Shown piece by piece: positions 8,427 through 16,977 of a stretch of 64,000 nt of DNA; the stretch's first letter is position 1; every line of letters starts with the position of its first letter. The DNA lies in NCBI GenBank assembly GCA_963787445.1, contig CAWBCT010000005.1, forward strand, positions 492,764 through 556,763, read 5' to 3'. Position numbers and translations under genes: made by a program. The notes beneath the pieces were generated by a model that was not told the origin of the DNA, did no database searches, and worked only from the letters and a program-made list of their open reading frames with translations. The DNA comes from an uncultured archaeon. GTDB lineage: Archaea; Micrarchaeota; Micrarchaeia; Micrarchaeales; CABMGC01.

Positions 8427-9329
8427 CTAAACAACCGCTAGCGGGGTTGATACGCCCTCTAACTCCCTCCCATTAAGCATCGTCTTTGCGAACGCCTCCC
8501 CCGCCAGGTAAGAGCTCCTGACGAAAGGGCCCGCCGCAACGTATAGGAAGCCTTTCTGAAGTGCAATCTCCTTTAGTCTTCCAAATTTCTCCGGCTTCAC
8601 ATACTCCTTTACCTCTGCATGTGCCTGACTTGGTCTCAGGTACTGTCCAAGAGCAAGGAAATCGACGCCGGAGGTCCGTAAATCGACAAAAGCCGACTCC
8701 AGCTCCTCTTCTGTCTCGCCAAGCCCGAGCATCATTGCAGACTTTGTATAAATCGACTGGTCAAGCGACTTAATCTTTCTTAGGACCTCCAAAGACTGGC
8801 GATAGCCTGCGCGCCTGTCCCTTATCTCTGGATTCAACCTTTCCACACTCTCAATATTATGTCCCACAACATCAGGTCTCGCTTCCGCTATCTTTCTTAG
8901 GCACTCATCCTCATCCCTGAAGTCCGGGATAAGCACTTCTATCTTTGTGGCTGGGCTATGTCTCTTTATCGCAGCAACGCAATTCGCAAAATGGCCTGCT
9001 CCCTGATCCGGAAGGTCATCCCTGCAAACCGAGGTTATCACTATGTAACCAAGCCCCCACTTCTGCACAAGCTTTCCGAGCTTCTCAGGCTCCTGGGTGT
9101 CAACTTCGCCACCCTTAGCCCGTTTCTGAACCGCACAGAACTTGCAGCCCCTTGTGCATAGGTCCCCAAGAACCATGAAGGTGGCGGTTCCTGCGCTCCA
9201 GCACTCCGCCAGGTTGGGGCAGTGAGCCTCCACACAGACGGTGTGAAGTCCAGATTCGTTTATCTGCTCCTTTATGTTCGAATAGGTCTTAGTGGAAGCA
9301 GGACGGATAGAGAGCCAGTCGGGCAGCAT
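8427..9329 (-). CDS. lipA: lipoyl synthase (radical SAM)
   Basis: CVEAHCPNLAECW (auxiliary cluster) and CTRGCKFCAV (radical-SAM CxxxCxxC). 300 aa. Confidence 0.92.
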   Translation of the reverse strand: MLPDWLSIRPASTKTYSNIKEQINESGLHTVCVEAHCPNLAECWSAGTATFMVLGDLCTRGCKFCAVQKRAKGGEVDTQEPEKLGKLVQKWGLGYIVITSVCRDDLPDQGAGHFANCVAAIKRHSPATKIEVLIPDFRDEDECLRKIAEARPDVVGHNIESVERLNPEIRDRRAGYRQSLEVLRKIKSLDQSIYTKSAMMLGLGETEEELESAFVDLRTSGVDFLALGQYLRPSQAHAEVKEYVKPEKFGRLKEIALQKGFLYVAAGPFVRSSYLAGEAFAKTMLNGRELEGVSTPLAVV

Positions 9330-9399
9330 ATGCTCGGTAGTAAGGTCTACCGTTGAAAATAAATACTATAGCTTCAGATACTCTTCAGGCTATTGCACC

Positions 9400-10149
9400 C
9401 TAAATCCATATCATGCTAGCGAACTTTTCCATGACATCTCTTTTCACGTCCGAATAGCTGGGTGGAGACCTAACGTATGCTCCTATAGAATCCCACACGG
9501 GCTGGATGTTATCAACACTCTCGCCGAACTCCTTTACCGAAAAGCGCCTCTTTATAAACTTGAATTTCAGGGCTATGAGCCCAGGATCAACACCGATGCC
9601 CTTGCTCAGTAGGAAATGCAGGTCGTAGAGATCCCTGGCCTTCGTCGCGTTTCTGCTCACAATGGCCCTCACTTTCTCGGCAAGTATCTCCCTCTCGTCC
9701 ATTACGTGCAGTATGTACGGCTGGGGATCCCCGTAAACGGGTTTCACTATGTGCGCCCTTGTTTTGATTACTGTTTGCTCTTCCACAACGTCCACCCTAA
9801 TGCTTTGAATGGTCGCCGGCCCGCGGACCATCAGCCTGAATGTTGCCAAACCACGGGCTGTAGTACGATCCTCATCAACATTGTTAACTATCTCGCAAAA
9901 GTTTGACGCGTTGTCTATGCCATCATCAACCTCCACCATCGCGTCTCCCGCGCCGATGCTGAAATCCAGGTCCTCCGAGAACCTATCCAGCCCGTAAATC
10001 TTCTGCAACGCAGTCCCACCTTTGAAAACCACACCGCTGCCAATCTTCTCCGAAAGCCCCTTGAGCACCAGATGCTGCAGATAGTCCTTTTCTATCTGTT
10101 CTGCAGTCTGGAAAGTTTTATGTGAAAATAAGGCGTCCCTGTTGAGCAT
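9400..10149 (-). CDS. AbiEii/AbiGii-family nucleotidyltransferase toxin (type IV TA)
   Basis: VFKGGTALQKIYGLDRFSEDLDFS is the DUF1814/AbiEii signature. I chose ATG 10149 because GTGAT lies 4 nt upstream. The track start at 10176 is a GTG overlapping abiEi. Confidence 0.8.
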   Translation of the reverse strand: MLNRDALFSHKTFQTAEQIEKDYLQHLVLKGLSEKIGSGVVFKGGTALQKIYGLDRFSEDLDFSIGAGDAMVEVDDGIDNASNFCEIVNNVDEDRTTARGLATFRLMVRGPATIQSIRVDVVEEQTVIKTRAHIVKPVYGDPQPYILHVMDEREILAEKVRAIVSRNATKARDLYDLHFLLSKGIGVDPGLIALKFKFIKRRFSVKEFGESVDNIQPVWDSIGAYVRSPPSYSDVKRDVMEKFASMIWI

Positions 10150-10154
10150 CACAA

Positions 10155-10856
10155 TCACGTAGGGAAGGCAAGCCACCGTTTCTCATAAAGGACACGCCAT
10201 TCCGCATCCTTCAGATCCGCCTTTGCGGAGAGCTTTGTCCAGTTGTAGGGCCTGTATCTTTTAAGCGCCCGCGCGTCAAACTTGAATAGCTTGAGCAAAA
10301 ATCCAACTCTTGCCGCAAGCGCCATGCTATCCATCTCTATTGTAAGGTTTATGAGCGCCTCTATATTAATTTTCTTGCGGCCCAAGGCGCTCCCGAATGC
10401 CTCCATGCACTCGCCGAATCCCACGCCCAGGTACAATGAATCTATTATGGCCTTTTCTACGCTTGCCACCACAACGCCGTTCGCCGTAACATATCCGAAC
10501 AGCCTTTTTCTCTCCACACTCAAAAACCTTATGGTATACCCGCCGATTCGCATCGCCTTGTGTCTCCTGCTCGATGCGACAGTTATGACATTTGGAATCT
10601 GAGTCGTGAGGTTGTGCAGCCTGAAGGCGGTTTCAAGGTCGAGGTAAGACGGCGAAAGCACGTGCGACGCAATCTCGTATATGCCGGTCCCGTCAATGTA
10701 GTACTTGCCCCGTTCAAGCCGCCGCACGCCCTTGGCCCTTGAAAGGAAGAGCGAAGCGTATTTCGGGCTCTTTCCCATAAGTTTGCCTGCATCCTTGACG
10801 GTAAACACGCGCATGCCGTTTTCGGCCAAAAGTGCCACAAGGCTTTCGGCTTTCAT
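10155..10856 (-). CDS. AbiEi-family antitoxin / transcriptional regulator
   Basis: N-terminal wHTH-like FTVKDAGKLMGKSPKYASLFLSRAKGVRRLERGKYY. It lies immediately upstream of the AbiEii gene (5-nt gap). A TATA-like agatttatatatc lies about 20-25 nt upstream of the ATG. Confidence 0.7.
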   Translation of the reverse strand: MKAESLVALLAENGMRVFTVKDAGKLMGKSPKYASLFLSRAKGVRRLERGKYYIDGTGIYEIASHVLSPSYLDLETAFRLHNLTTQIPNVITVASSRRHKAMRIGGYTIRFLSVERKRLFGYVTANGVVVASVEKAIIDSLYLGVGFGECMEAFGSALGRKKINIEALINLTIEMDSMALAARVGFLLKLFKFDARALKRYRPYNWTKLSAKADLKDAEWRVLYEKRWLAFPT

Positions 10857-10981
10857 GATCCCATTACCACGCCAAGATATATAAATCTTATTCTATGCTC
10901 TTTTATCCATCTTAATATAGATATAAAGACATCAAATACTAATAATAGTGTAGTTTTATCATAAATTCGGGTAGCGCGCCC

Positions 10982-11080
10982 AACGCACATTGTGTGTAGT
11001 CCTGAAACTATTATCTGCTCCTTTATGCCGGAGTAGGCCTGGGTGGAAGCGGGGCGTATAGAGAGCCATTCGGGTAGCAT
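10982..11080 (-). pseudogene. orphan 5' fragment of lipA (first 33 codons only)
   Basis: MLPEWLSIRPASTQAYSGIKEQIIVSGLHTMCV versus lipA MLPDWLSIRPASTKTYSNIKEQINESGLHTVCV: 26/33 identical by hand. A 17-nt exact match lies at 11011-11027 versus 9260-9276. Downstream of codon 33 the track ORF (10853-11080) is unrelated AT-rich sequence lacking all Cys motifs. Confidence 0.75.
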
Positions 11081-11089
11081 GCTCTCACT

Positions 11090-13420
11090 TCAGACGAAGC
11101 GTCCCGTGGTCTGCACTGGCATGACGCCGCCGGGCGGAAGTATCCTCGTACGCACCCACTCGGTGTTTAATGTGGCGCCAAACGTAGTTGAGCCACTCAG
11201 GGACCCTTGGTAGAGACCCAGGTACGCGTATTCGCTGTTACCGTAAGTGCCCGAGACGCTTGCAGTGTTGTAATTCAGATAAGCGTAGATTGTTGTGCTC
11301 GACATGGCCGAACCGACAATATAATACTGATTTGACGTGAAGCTTCCAATATTGTACGCATTCCATAGGTTGTACGCAGTTCCGCCGTTATCGTTTGCCC
11401 ATTCACCAACATATGATGTTTCGAATAAGGAAAGTACTACGTTGTTGTCGCCTCCGTTGCTGCTCATAAGGCCCTGTGCATTCGCCTGCGACAGACCAGA
11501 AACGACTATGGAGCTGCTCGACGCGGATTGGTAGGCCTCTAGCACGTTGCCGACAGAATAAAATAGCGGGGAGTTCGAATATAATGCGCCGGCGCTTATT
11601 GCGAGGCCGTTGTTCACGGTGTAGCTCGCCCCGCTGGAAGCGGCCCAGGTCGATCTCAGGATCCCGCCCTTAAAGTCGTCGTAGAAGTTGAACACTTTTG
11701 CGCCGTTGTCGTTCTGCCCATAGATCAAAGAAAGCTGCGGCGCCTCGCCCATCGGCCCGCCATTCGACATCACGCTGTAGGGCATGAAGTTCATGAAGAT
11801 CGTGATGCTAGAGCTCGCCGGTATGCCACCCGGCAGGTTCACCCAAACGACTGTGTTGGTAGAGGTGGTTAATGCGCCGGACTCTATCCACGCCTGGAGC
11901 ACGTTTCCGCTCCCGCCGCTTCCCGTGCTAAACTCCACATTGGACCAGTTTGCAGCTATGTACGGGGCGTAGGACAGGGCGTTCGCAGTGATCATCTGCT
12001 GGAAGTTGCTGCCTGTTCCGGTACTTTGCGAGTTTGTCAGAGTTATCGGAACGTAATAGACCAGGCCACCCACAGTCACGTTCACAGGTATAACATAATT
12101 AGACACGCCATACGTTTGGTTTATTGCCACATTCTCAAGATATGACACAGAGAAACGGAACGGCCCCTGCTGTGCCACCTTGAGGTTCGTCTCGTTTACC
12201 GATACCAAACCTGTGTTGCTGAAGTTAGACAACAGCAACGAATTATATTTCTGAAAGTTCAGTGAACCCATGGCCTTACTAAAGTAGTCACTGGCTGCGG
12301 TTCCGGTCCCGAAAGGCGCAAACGCCATGCCATAGGGTCGGTTAAACCCGGCCCATGCAATCGAGCCCACTACCGAACTTGAGGAGGTGTTTACTATGAC
12401 CACGTTGCTGGAGCCATAGTTCGTAATGTACGCATAGGCTCCGGAAGGCGCGAACGCGATTCCAACGGGCCCGTTAAGCCCGGCCGTGAATGAACCTGTT
12501 ATTGTTTTTGTCGAAGTGTTGACTATAACCACGTTGCTGGCACCGTATTCCGCCATGTACGCATAGGCTCCGGAAGGCGCGAACGCAATGCCGTAAACAC
12601 CACCGACCCCTATCGATCCCACTACGCCATTTGTTGCCGTGTTGACTATAACTACGTTGCCACTGCCGAGGTTTGAAACATACGCGTAAGTCCCGGAAGG
12701 CGCGAACGCAACACCGACAGGTGCGTTAATGCCGTTCGTGATCGCACCCGCCACTGTGCTCGTCGCAGTGTTTATTATGGCCACATTACTGGAGCCATAG
12801 TTCGTAACGTATGCGTAAGACCCGGATGGCGCAAACGCGTCTAGATATGGATTCGGAGCCGTGTCTGTAATCGAGCCCACCCCGGTGCCTGTTGCCGTGT
12901 TGACTACGACCACGTTACTCGCAACGTGGTTTATTATGTATGCATATGCCCCAGAAGGCGCAAATGCAACCCCAATGGGCGTCGACCCGCCTACGATCGA
13001 GCCCACAACAGTGCCTGTTGCCGTGTTGACTATGATCACGTTGCTGCCACCGTAGTTCGCAATGTATGCGTATTGCCCATAACCTGAGATGGTACCGTTC
13101 GTAATCAGGGAGGCGATGTAACCGCCCAGGTTTATGTTGAAGAGCGTGTTTGTCCCGCTGAGCGAGGTGTTGTAGGCATAGTAGCTGATTGCCGTAGCGG
13201 CGGTCTGGGCGCTTGCATTCGCAAACGCAAAAGAGCTCTGCCTAAGGACCCCGGCGAGGGTCACCGAGGCCGACGCAGGGCCGATGCGCGCGGCTATCTG
13301 GTTATACTGTATGTTTATCACGGCGAAGATGAACATCACCGCAAACACGAGGATGAAGATGAGGAGCACGGTCATCGTCATCAGCTGCGCCTTGAATACT
13401 GTCCTGTTAACTCCTTTCAT
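11090..13420 (-). CDS. large cell-surface protein: N-terminal TM/pilin-like helix, YVTN-type beta-propeller repeats, DUF2341 + LamG-like C-terminal region
   Basis: Six AFAP(S/F)G..YAY..N.GS.NV..VNTAT repeats about 43 aa apart. The C-terminal half has YYVPITLTNSQ...VVWVNLPGGIPASSSITIFMNF (DUF2341-like). The start is set at the second ATG (13420), which forms an ATGA overlap with the upstream stop. Confidence 0.7.
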   Translation of the reverse strand: MKGVNRTVFKAQLMTMTVLLIFILVFAVMFIFAVINIQYNQIAARIGPASASVTLAGVLRQSSFAFANASAQTAATAISYYAYNTSLSGTNTLFNINLGGYIASLITNGTISGYGQYAYIANYGGSNVIIVNTATGTVVGSIVGGSTPIGVAFAPSGAYAYIINHVASNVVVVNTATGTGVGSITDTAPNPYLDAFAPSGSYAYVTNYGSSNVAIINTATSTVAGAITNGINAPVGVAFAPSGTYAYVSNLGSGNVVIVNTATNGVVGSIGVGGVYGIAFAPSGAYAYMAEYGASNVVIVNTSTKTITGSFTAGLNGPVGIAFAPSGAYAYITNYGSSNVVIVNTSSSSVVGSIAWAGFNRPYGMAFAPFGTGTAASDYFSKAMGSLNFQKYNSLLLSNFSNTGLVSVNETNLKVAQQGPFRFSVSYLENVAINQTYGVSNYVIPVNVTVGGLVYYVPITLTNSQSTGTGSNFQQMITANALSYAPYIAANWSNVEFSTGSGGSGNVLQAWIESGALTTSTNTVVWVNLPGGIPASSSITIFMNFMPYSVMSNGGPMGEAPQLSLIYGQNDNGAKVFNFYDDFKGGILRSTWAASSGASYTVNNGLAISAGALYSNSPLFYSVGNVLEAYQSASSSSIVVSGLSQANAQGLMSSNGGDNNVVLSLFETSYVGEWANDNGGTAYNLWNAYNIGSFTSNQYYIVGSAMSSTTIYAYLNYNTASVSGTYGNSEYAYLGLYQGSLSGSTTFGATLNTEWVRTRILPPGGVMPVQTTGRFV
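12290..13090 (-). repeat. tandem ~129-nt coding repeats (beta-propeller blades)
   Basis: The plus-strand motif ccggaaggcgcgaacgc and variants recur at 12309, 12441, 12570, 12693, 12822 and 12951, with spacings of 132/129/123/129/129 nt. Confidence 0.8.
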
Positions 13421-15192
13421 CGCCATGTGTAAACACCGACCGAGTAGAGCCTAGGGGTGTAGGAGTACACCGCATTTGAGCTGTAAAGCGAAGCGTACTT
13501 GCTGAAAGGCAGCAGGGTTCCTGCGCGGGAGACGCTGTAGGAGTTAGTAAAGCCCGCCGGAATGTAATTTCCGTTAAAGTATACGACGTTTGAAGGTATG
13601 CCTGTATTGCCAAATCCGCTGTAGTCTTTCGAATCACCCTCAAGCAGCCACCAGCCTACGTTGCCTGCACCAGAAATTGGAGGTGCCGCTAAGCCCTCTT
13701 GGTATAACGCAGAGATTTGGGTTGATGTGAGCGAGGTGTTGTAGATCTGGACATCTGCAATTGAACCTGGGAAGAAGTAGCCGTAGTTTGATTCACCCCC
13801 AATTATTAAATCCTGAGTGGTAGCCCACGAACCAGTTCCCGAAGTAGTTGAATTTCTCATCACCCCATCAACCCATATGCTCCAAGTCGAGCCGCTTCTC
13901 ATACCCACCACATAATGCCAATTACCATCATTAATCATGTTTGTGGTTCCGCTTGTCTGATATGTGGTTCCAGGTGCCGCTCTGCCAGCAAAATTAATCC
14001 TGCCGTTATTTAGTACTAATTCCCAACCTAGACCGGCACCATACTTTGCTGATGCAACAACAAGACTGTTCGTATTGAATCTTAACCATTCTGAGACAAC
14101 GATATTTCCAGGAACATTCAACAACGCCCCATTTCCCGCATCAATATAGCTGTTCTGCCCATTCAAATAGGCAGTATTCAAGGCAGGCCCATATGCGCCG
14201 CTTGCGCCGTATCCATTCGGCAAGCTTGGGGAGATGTAGTTGTTTTGTGCAAACATTATGCTATTTGTGGATCCTTGGTTGTTGTTTCCACTGTAATCCG
14301 CTGTATCACCTTCAAGTGGCCACCAACCCGCGTTGCCTGCGTTGCTTAATGGTGCACCTGTAAGGCCTTCCTGATACAGCGAGGCGACCTGTCCGCTAGG
14401 AAGCGCGGTGTCATAAAACTGGACATTTGCTATCGAACCGGTGTAGTACCCTCCGCAGGTGCTTGGGGGACCATCGCACTGCACGCCGATCTGATTGGTT
14501 AGCGTGCTGCCTGTGTTGAACGTTGCACTACCACTCGTTGCCAGCACCCCATCAACGTAAATATAAATAGTTGATCCAGGCCCCCATACTGCTACGACAT
14601 TATGCCACGCCCCGTCATTTATTACCTTTGATGATGCCAGCGAACCCGTGCCGCTTGACCATACCGCAGCAACCGAATTCTCGTAAACCTGAAGCCCGTG
14701 GCCATTACCGTCCCATGTGGAGAAAAGTATACCATAGGTGGTGGTTGACTTCATCCACAAGCTTACGGTGACTGTGCTGGGTGGATTGTCGATGGGAGCC
14801 GAATTAGGTATGACTACCCAGCTCTGCCCATTGAACTGTGCAACCGGAGGCGCACTTATTCCATTTATGAATACGCCGTAGTTACTACTTGGATTAACTG
14901 TGTCCAGCAGGTAGGTTGCGCAGCTGCCGCTTCCGTTAAGATAATATTGAACGGCTGCCTGCAGCACTGTCGCCCCAGACATCGGGTTGCACTGCGCGAG
15001 CGCGCCGAAGGAAGCGGCCGAGAGGCTGCCTACTTTTATCGTGCTCAGCAGGTTGAGTATCGACTGTGCCTGGCCCGATGCAAGCGTGTAGGGGCTTCCG
15101 GTGGCGTAGTTGAAGTAGACGACTATGGAGATTGCGGCGCCGACTATCACCAACGCGAAGATCGCGTCGGTGGTAAAGATCATTCCTTTCAT
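13417..15192 (-). CDS. large cell-surface protein with N-terminal pilin-like hydrophobic helix and two LamG/concanavalin-A-like lectin domains
   Basis: MKGMIFTTDAIFALVIVGAAISIVVYF. There are two Laminin_G_3-like modules (VSLWMKS...DGAWHNVVAVWG...IYVDG and VSEWLRF...DGNWHYVVGMRSG...IWVDG). Each is followed by a duplicated linker LYQEGL..P.S.AGN.GWW.LEGD..DYSG. The start is set at ATG 15192. Confidence 0.7.
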   Translation of the reverse strand: MKGMIFTTDAIFALVIVGAAISIVVYFNYATGSPYTLASGQAQSILNLLSTIKVGSLSAASFGALAQCNPMSGATVLQAAVQYYLNGSGSCATYLLDTVNPSSNYGVFINGISAPPVAQFNGQSWVVIPNSAPIDNPPSTVTVSLWMKSTTTYGILFSTWDGNGHGLQVYENSVAAVWSSGTGSLASSKVINDGAWHNVVAVWGPGSTIYIYVDGVLATSGSATFNTGSTLTNQIGVQCDGPPSTCGGYYTGSIANVQFYDTALPSGQVASLYQEGLTGAPLSNAGNAGWWPLEGDTADYSGNNNQGSTNSIMFAQNNYISPSLPNGYGASGAYGPALNTAYLNGQNSYIDAGNGALLNVPGNIVVSEWLRFNTNSLVVASAKYGAGLGWELVLNNGRINFAGRAAPGTTYQTSGTTNMINDGNWHYVVGMRSGSTWSIWVDGVMRNSTTSGTGSWATTQDLIIGGESNYGYFFPGSIADVQIYNTSLTSTQISALYQEGLAAPPISGAGNVGWWLLEGDSKDYSGFGNTGIPSNVVYFNGNYIPAGFTNSYSVSRAGTLLPFSKYASLYSSNAVYSYTPRLYSVGVYTWR

Positions 15193-15327
15193 GCGCTGCG
15201 CCCGGAGATAAGAACAATCTTTATATTTATAAACTTGCGCTACTTCCCTCACCCCCGCATCCGCAGCACGCCTTTGCCTCGGCACACGCGGCTTCTTTTA
15301 TGCGACTCGCACAAAATCTCGAAATGC

Positions 15328-15336
15328 TTTAAATAA
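15328..15336 (+). promoter_or_regulatory. TATA box of pyrG (probably leaderless mRNA)
   Basis: tttaaataa is centred about 25 nt upstream of the pyrG ATG (15357), with no SD in between. Confidence 0.4.
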
Positions 15337-15356
15337 CTTATTGTAAAATAAACACC

Positions 15357-16946
15357 ATGCCGACAAGGTACATTGTTATATTGGGCTCAGTGATGAGTGG
15401 GCTTGGCAAGGGCGTCGTCACCTCCTCCCTCCTCAAGACCCTTGATTTCTACGACACCACGTCGTTGCCGATAAAGTTCGACGGTTATCTCAATTATGAC
15501 TGCGGCACGATGAACCCCTACCGCCACGGAGAGGTGTTCGTCCTGGATGACAGGAGCGAGGTCGACATGGACTTCGGGATCTACGAACGCTTCCTGAACA
15601 AGAGCATGTCCGGCGATCAATCCATAACCGGAGGCAAGCTGTTCGGCTCGGTGCTCGAGAAGGAGCGCAGGGGCGAGTACCTCGGAGAGGATGTCCAGAT
15701 AATCCCACATCTCACGAACCGCGCCATCGAGATGATAGAGAAGGTCTCGAAAAGCGAAAAGCCCGATGTGGTTGTCATAGAGGTGGGCGGCACTGTTGGA
15801 GACATAGAAAACAGCTATTTCATCGAGGCCGTAAGGCAGCTAGCTCTCAAGGAGTCGGCCACGTTCGTCAACCTCACCTATGCACCCAGGATGGAGGTGG
15901 TGGGCGAGCAGAAGACAAAACCCGCCCAGCTGGGTTTCAGAAACCTTCTTGCAGCCGGTGTGCCTCCCCGCTTCGTAATATGCAGGAGCAACACCCGCCT
16001 GTCCGAGAAGACCAAGGAGAAGCTTGCGCTGTTCGCAAACGTGGCGAAGGAGAAGGTGATCGACGACTCCGACCTTCCAAGCATCTACGCGCTGCCGCTT
16101 CACTTCATCGAGCAGGGATTTGACAAGAAGCTGATGGAGGAGTTAGGATTTGACCGGAAGCTCAATAAAGCAAAACTCGAGAGATGGAAGCGCAGTGTAG
16201 ATGAGATCTGCAATCCAAAGGGCACCGTAGAGATTGCGATAGTGGGCAAGTATACCGAACTGGTTGACGCTTATGCAAGCCTGAAGGAGGCGATCTCGCA
16301 CGCAGGCGGCTCAGTCTCTGCTAAGCCAAAGATTCGCTGGGTCGAGTCCACGACCCTCGAAGGCGGCGACATGGACAAGCTCAAGGGGATAGACGCGATG
16401 ATAGTTCCCGGCGGCTTCGGCAGCCGTGGGATAGAAGGGATGATAAACGCGATCCGCTACGCAAGAGAAAACAAGATTCCATACCTTGGCATCTGCCTTG
16501 GGATGCAGCTCATGGCGGTGGAGTACGCCCGCAATGTCTGCGGCCTGGAGGGCGCGAACTCCTCTGAGTTCGACCCGAAGACCAAGAATCCAATCATCCA
16601 TTTGATGGAGAGCCAGAAGTTCCTCAAGCAAAAGGGCGGGACGATGAGGTTGGGGCTGTGGGAGTGCAAGCTCGCGAAGGGCAGCCAGGTGCACAGGGCC
16701 TACGGCGCCGAGAGGATAGGCGAGCGCCACAGGCACCGCTACGAGTTCAACAACGAGTACCGCAGGCAGCTGGAGAAGAAGGGCCTTGTGGTGAGCGGGA
16801 CCTCGCTTGACAACAGCCTGGTCGAGTTCATAGAGTGGGCGGACGGCTTTGGGGTCGCCACCCAGGCACATCCGGAGCTGAAGTCCAGGCTCGAGGCGCC
16901 GGCGCCGCTCTTTGTGGCGCTGCTGAAAGCTGCGACGGCGCGATAG
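15357..16946 (+). CDS. pyrG: CTP synthase
   Basis: IVILGSVMSGLGKGVVTSS (synthetase P-loop) and the GATase domain GICLGMQ...HRHRYEF. Confidence 0.95.
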   Translation: MPTRYIVILGSVMSGLGKGVVTSSLLKTLDFYDTTSLPIKFDGYLNYDCGTMNPYRHGEVFVLDDRSEVDMDFGIYERFLNKSMSGDQSITGGKLFGSVLEKERRGEYLGEDVQIIPHLTNRAIEMIEKVSKSEKPDVVVIEVGGTVGDIENSYFIEAVRQLALKESATFVNLTYAPRMEVVGEQKTKPAQLGFRNLLAAGVPPRFVICRSNTRLSEKTKEKLALFANVAKEKVIDDSDLPSIYALPLHFIEQGFDKKLMEELGFDRKLNKAKLERWKRSVDEICNPKGTVEIAIVGKYTELVDAYASLKEAISHAGGSVSAKPKIRWVESTTLEGGDMDKLKGIDAMIVPGGFGSRGIEGMINAIRYARENKIPYLGICLGMQLMAVEYARNVCGLEGANSSEFDPKTKNPIIHLMESQKFLKQKGGTMRLGLWECKLAKGSQVHRAYGAERIGERHRHRYEFNNEYRRQLEKKGLVVSGTSLDNSLVEFIEWADGFGVATQAHPELKSRLEAPAPLFVALLKAATAR

Positions 16947-16977
16947 TCACTCCCAAAAGCACTTAGCTCACCTGCCC

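Larger units (their letters stand above)
9330..10981 (-). mobile_element. putative remnant of an integrated element (AbiE cassette) bounded by direct copies of the lipA 5' end
   Basis: It is bounded by 9231-9329 and 10982-11080, which are homologous in the same orientation at an offset of exactly 1751 nt. The cargo is only AbiEi/AbiEii plus an AT-rich 124-bp stretch. No integrase is present. Confidence 0.35.

Noticed and set aside
8300-8476. 58-aa plus-strand ORF (MKLSTLKGNEKQPPRENAAATAW...) in the lplA-lipA gap, preceded by GTGAT 3 nt upstream.
   Set aside because: The SD-like context is suggestive. However, the ORF runs 50 nt into the 3' end of lipA on the opposite strand, has no motif, and has an unremarkable composition. 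I kept it as a note only.
10853-10981. The 3' two-thirds of track ORF 10853-11080, which would make a 75-aa protein.
   Set aside because: Only the first 33 codons are lipA-like. The remainder is AT-rich sequence that also contains the AbiEi promoter. I interpret it as a gene fragment rather than a functional small protein.
12290-13090. Periodic ~129-nt repeats, considered as a possible CRISPR-like or satellite array.
   Set aside because: The repeats are in frame inside a long ORF and encode beta-propeller blades. The repeat units are contiguous, with no unique spacers, and they diverge in the manner of protein repeats.
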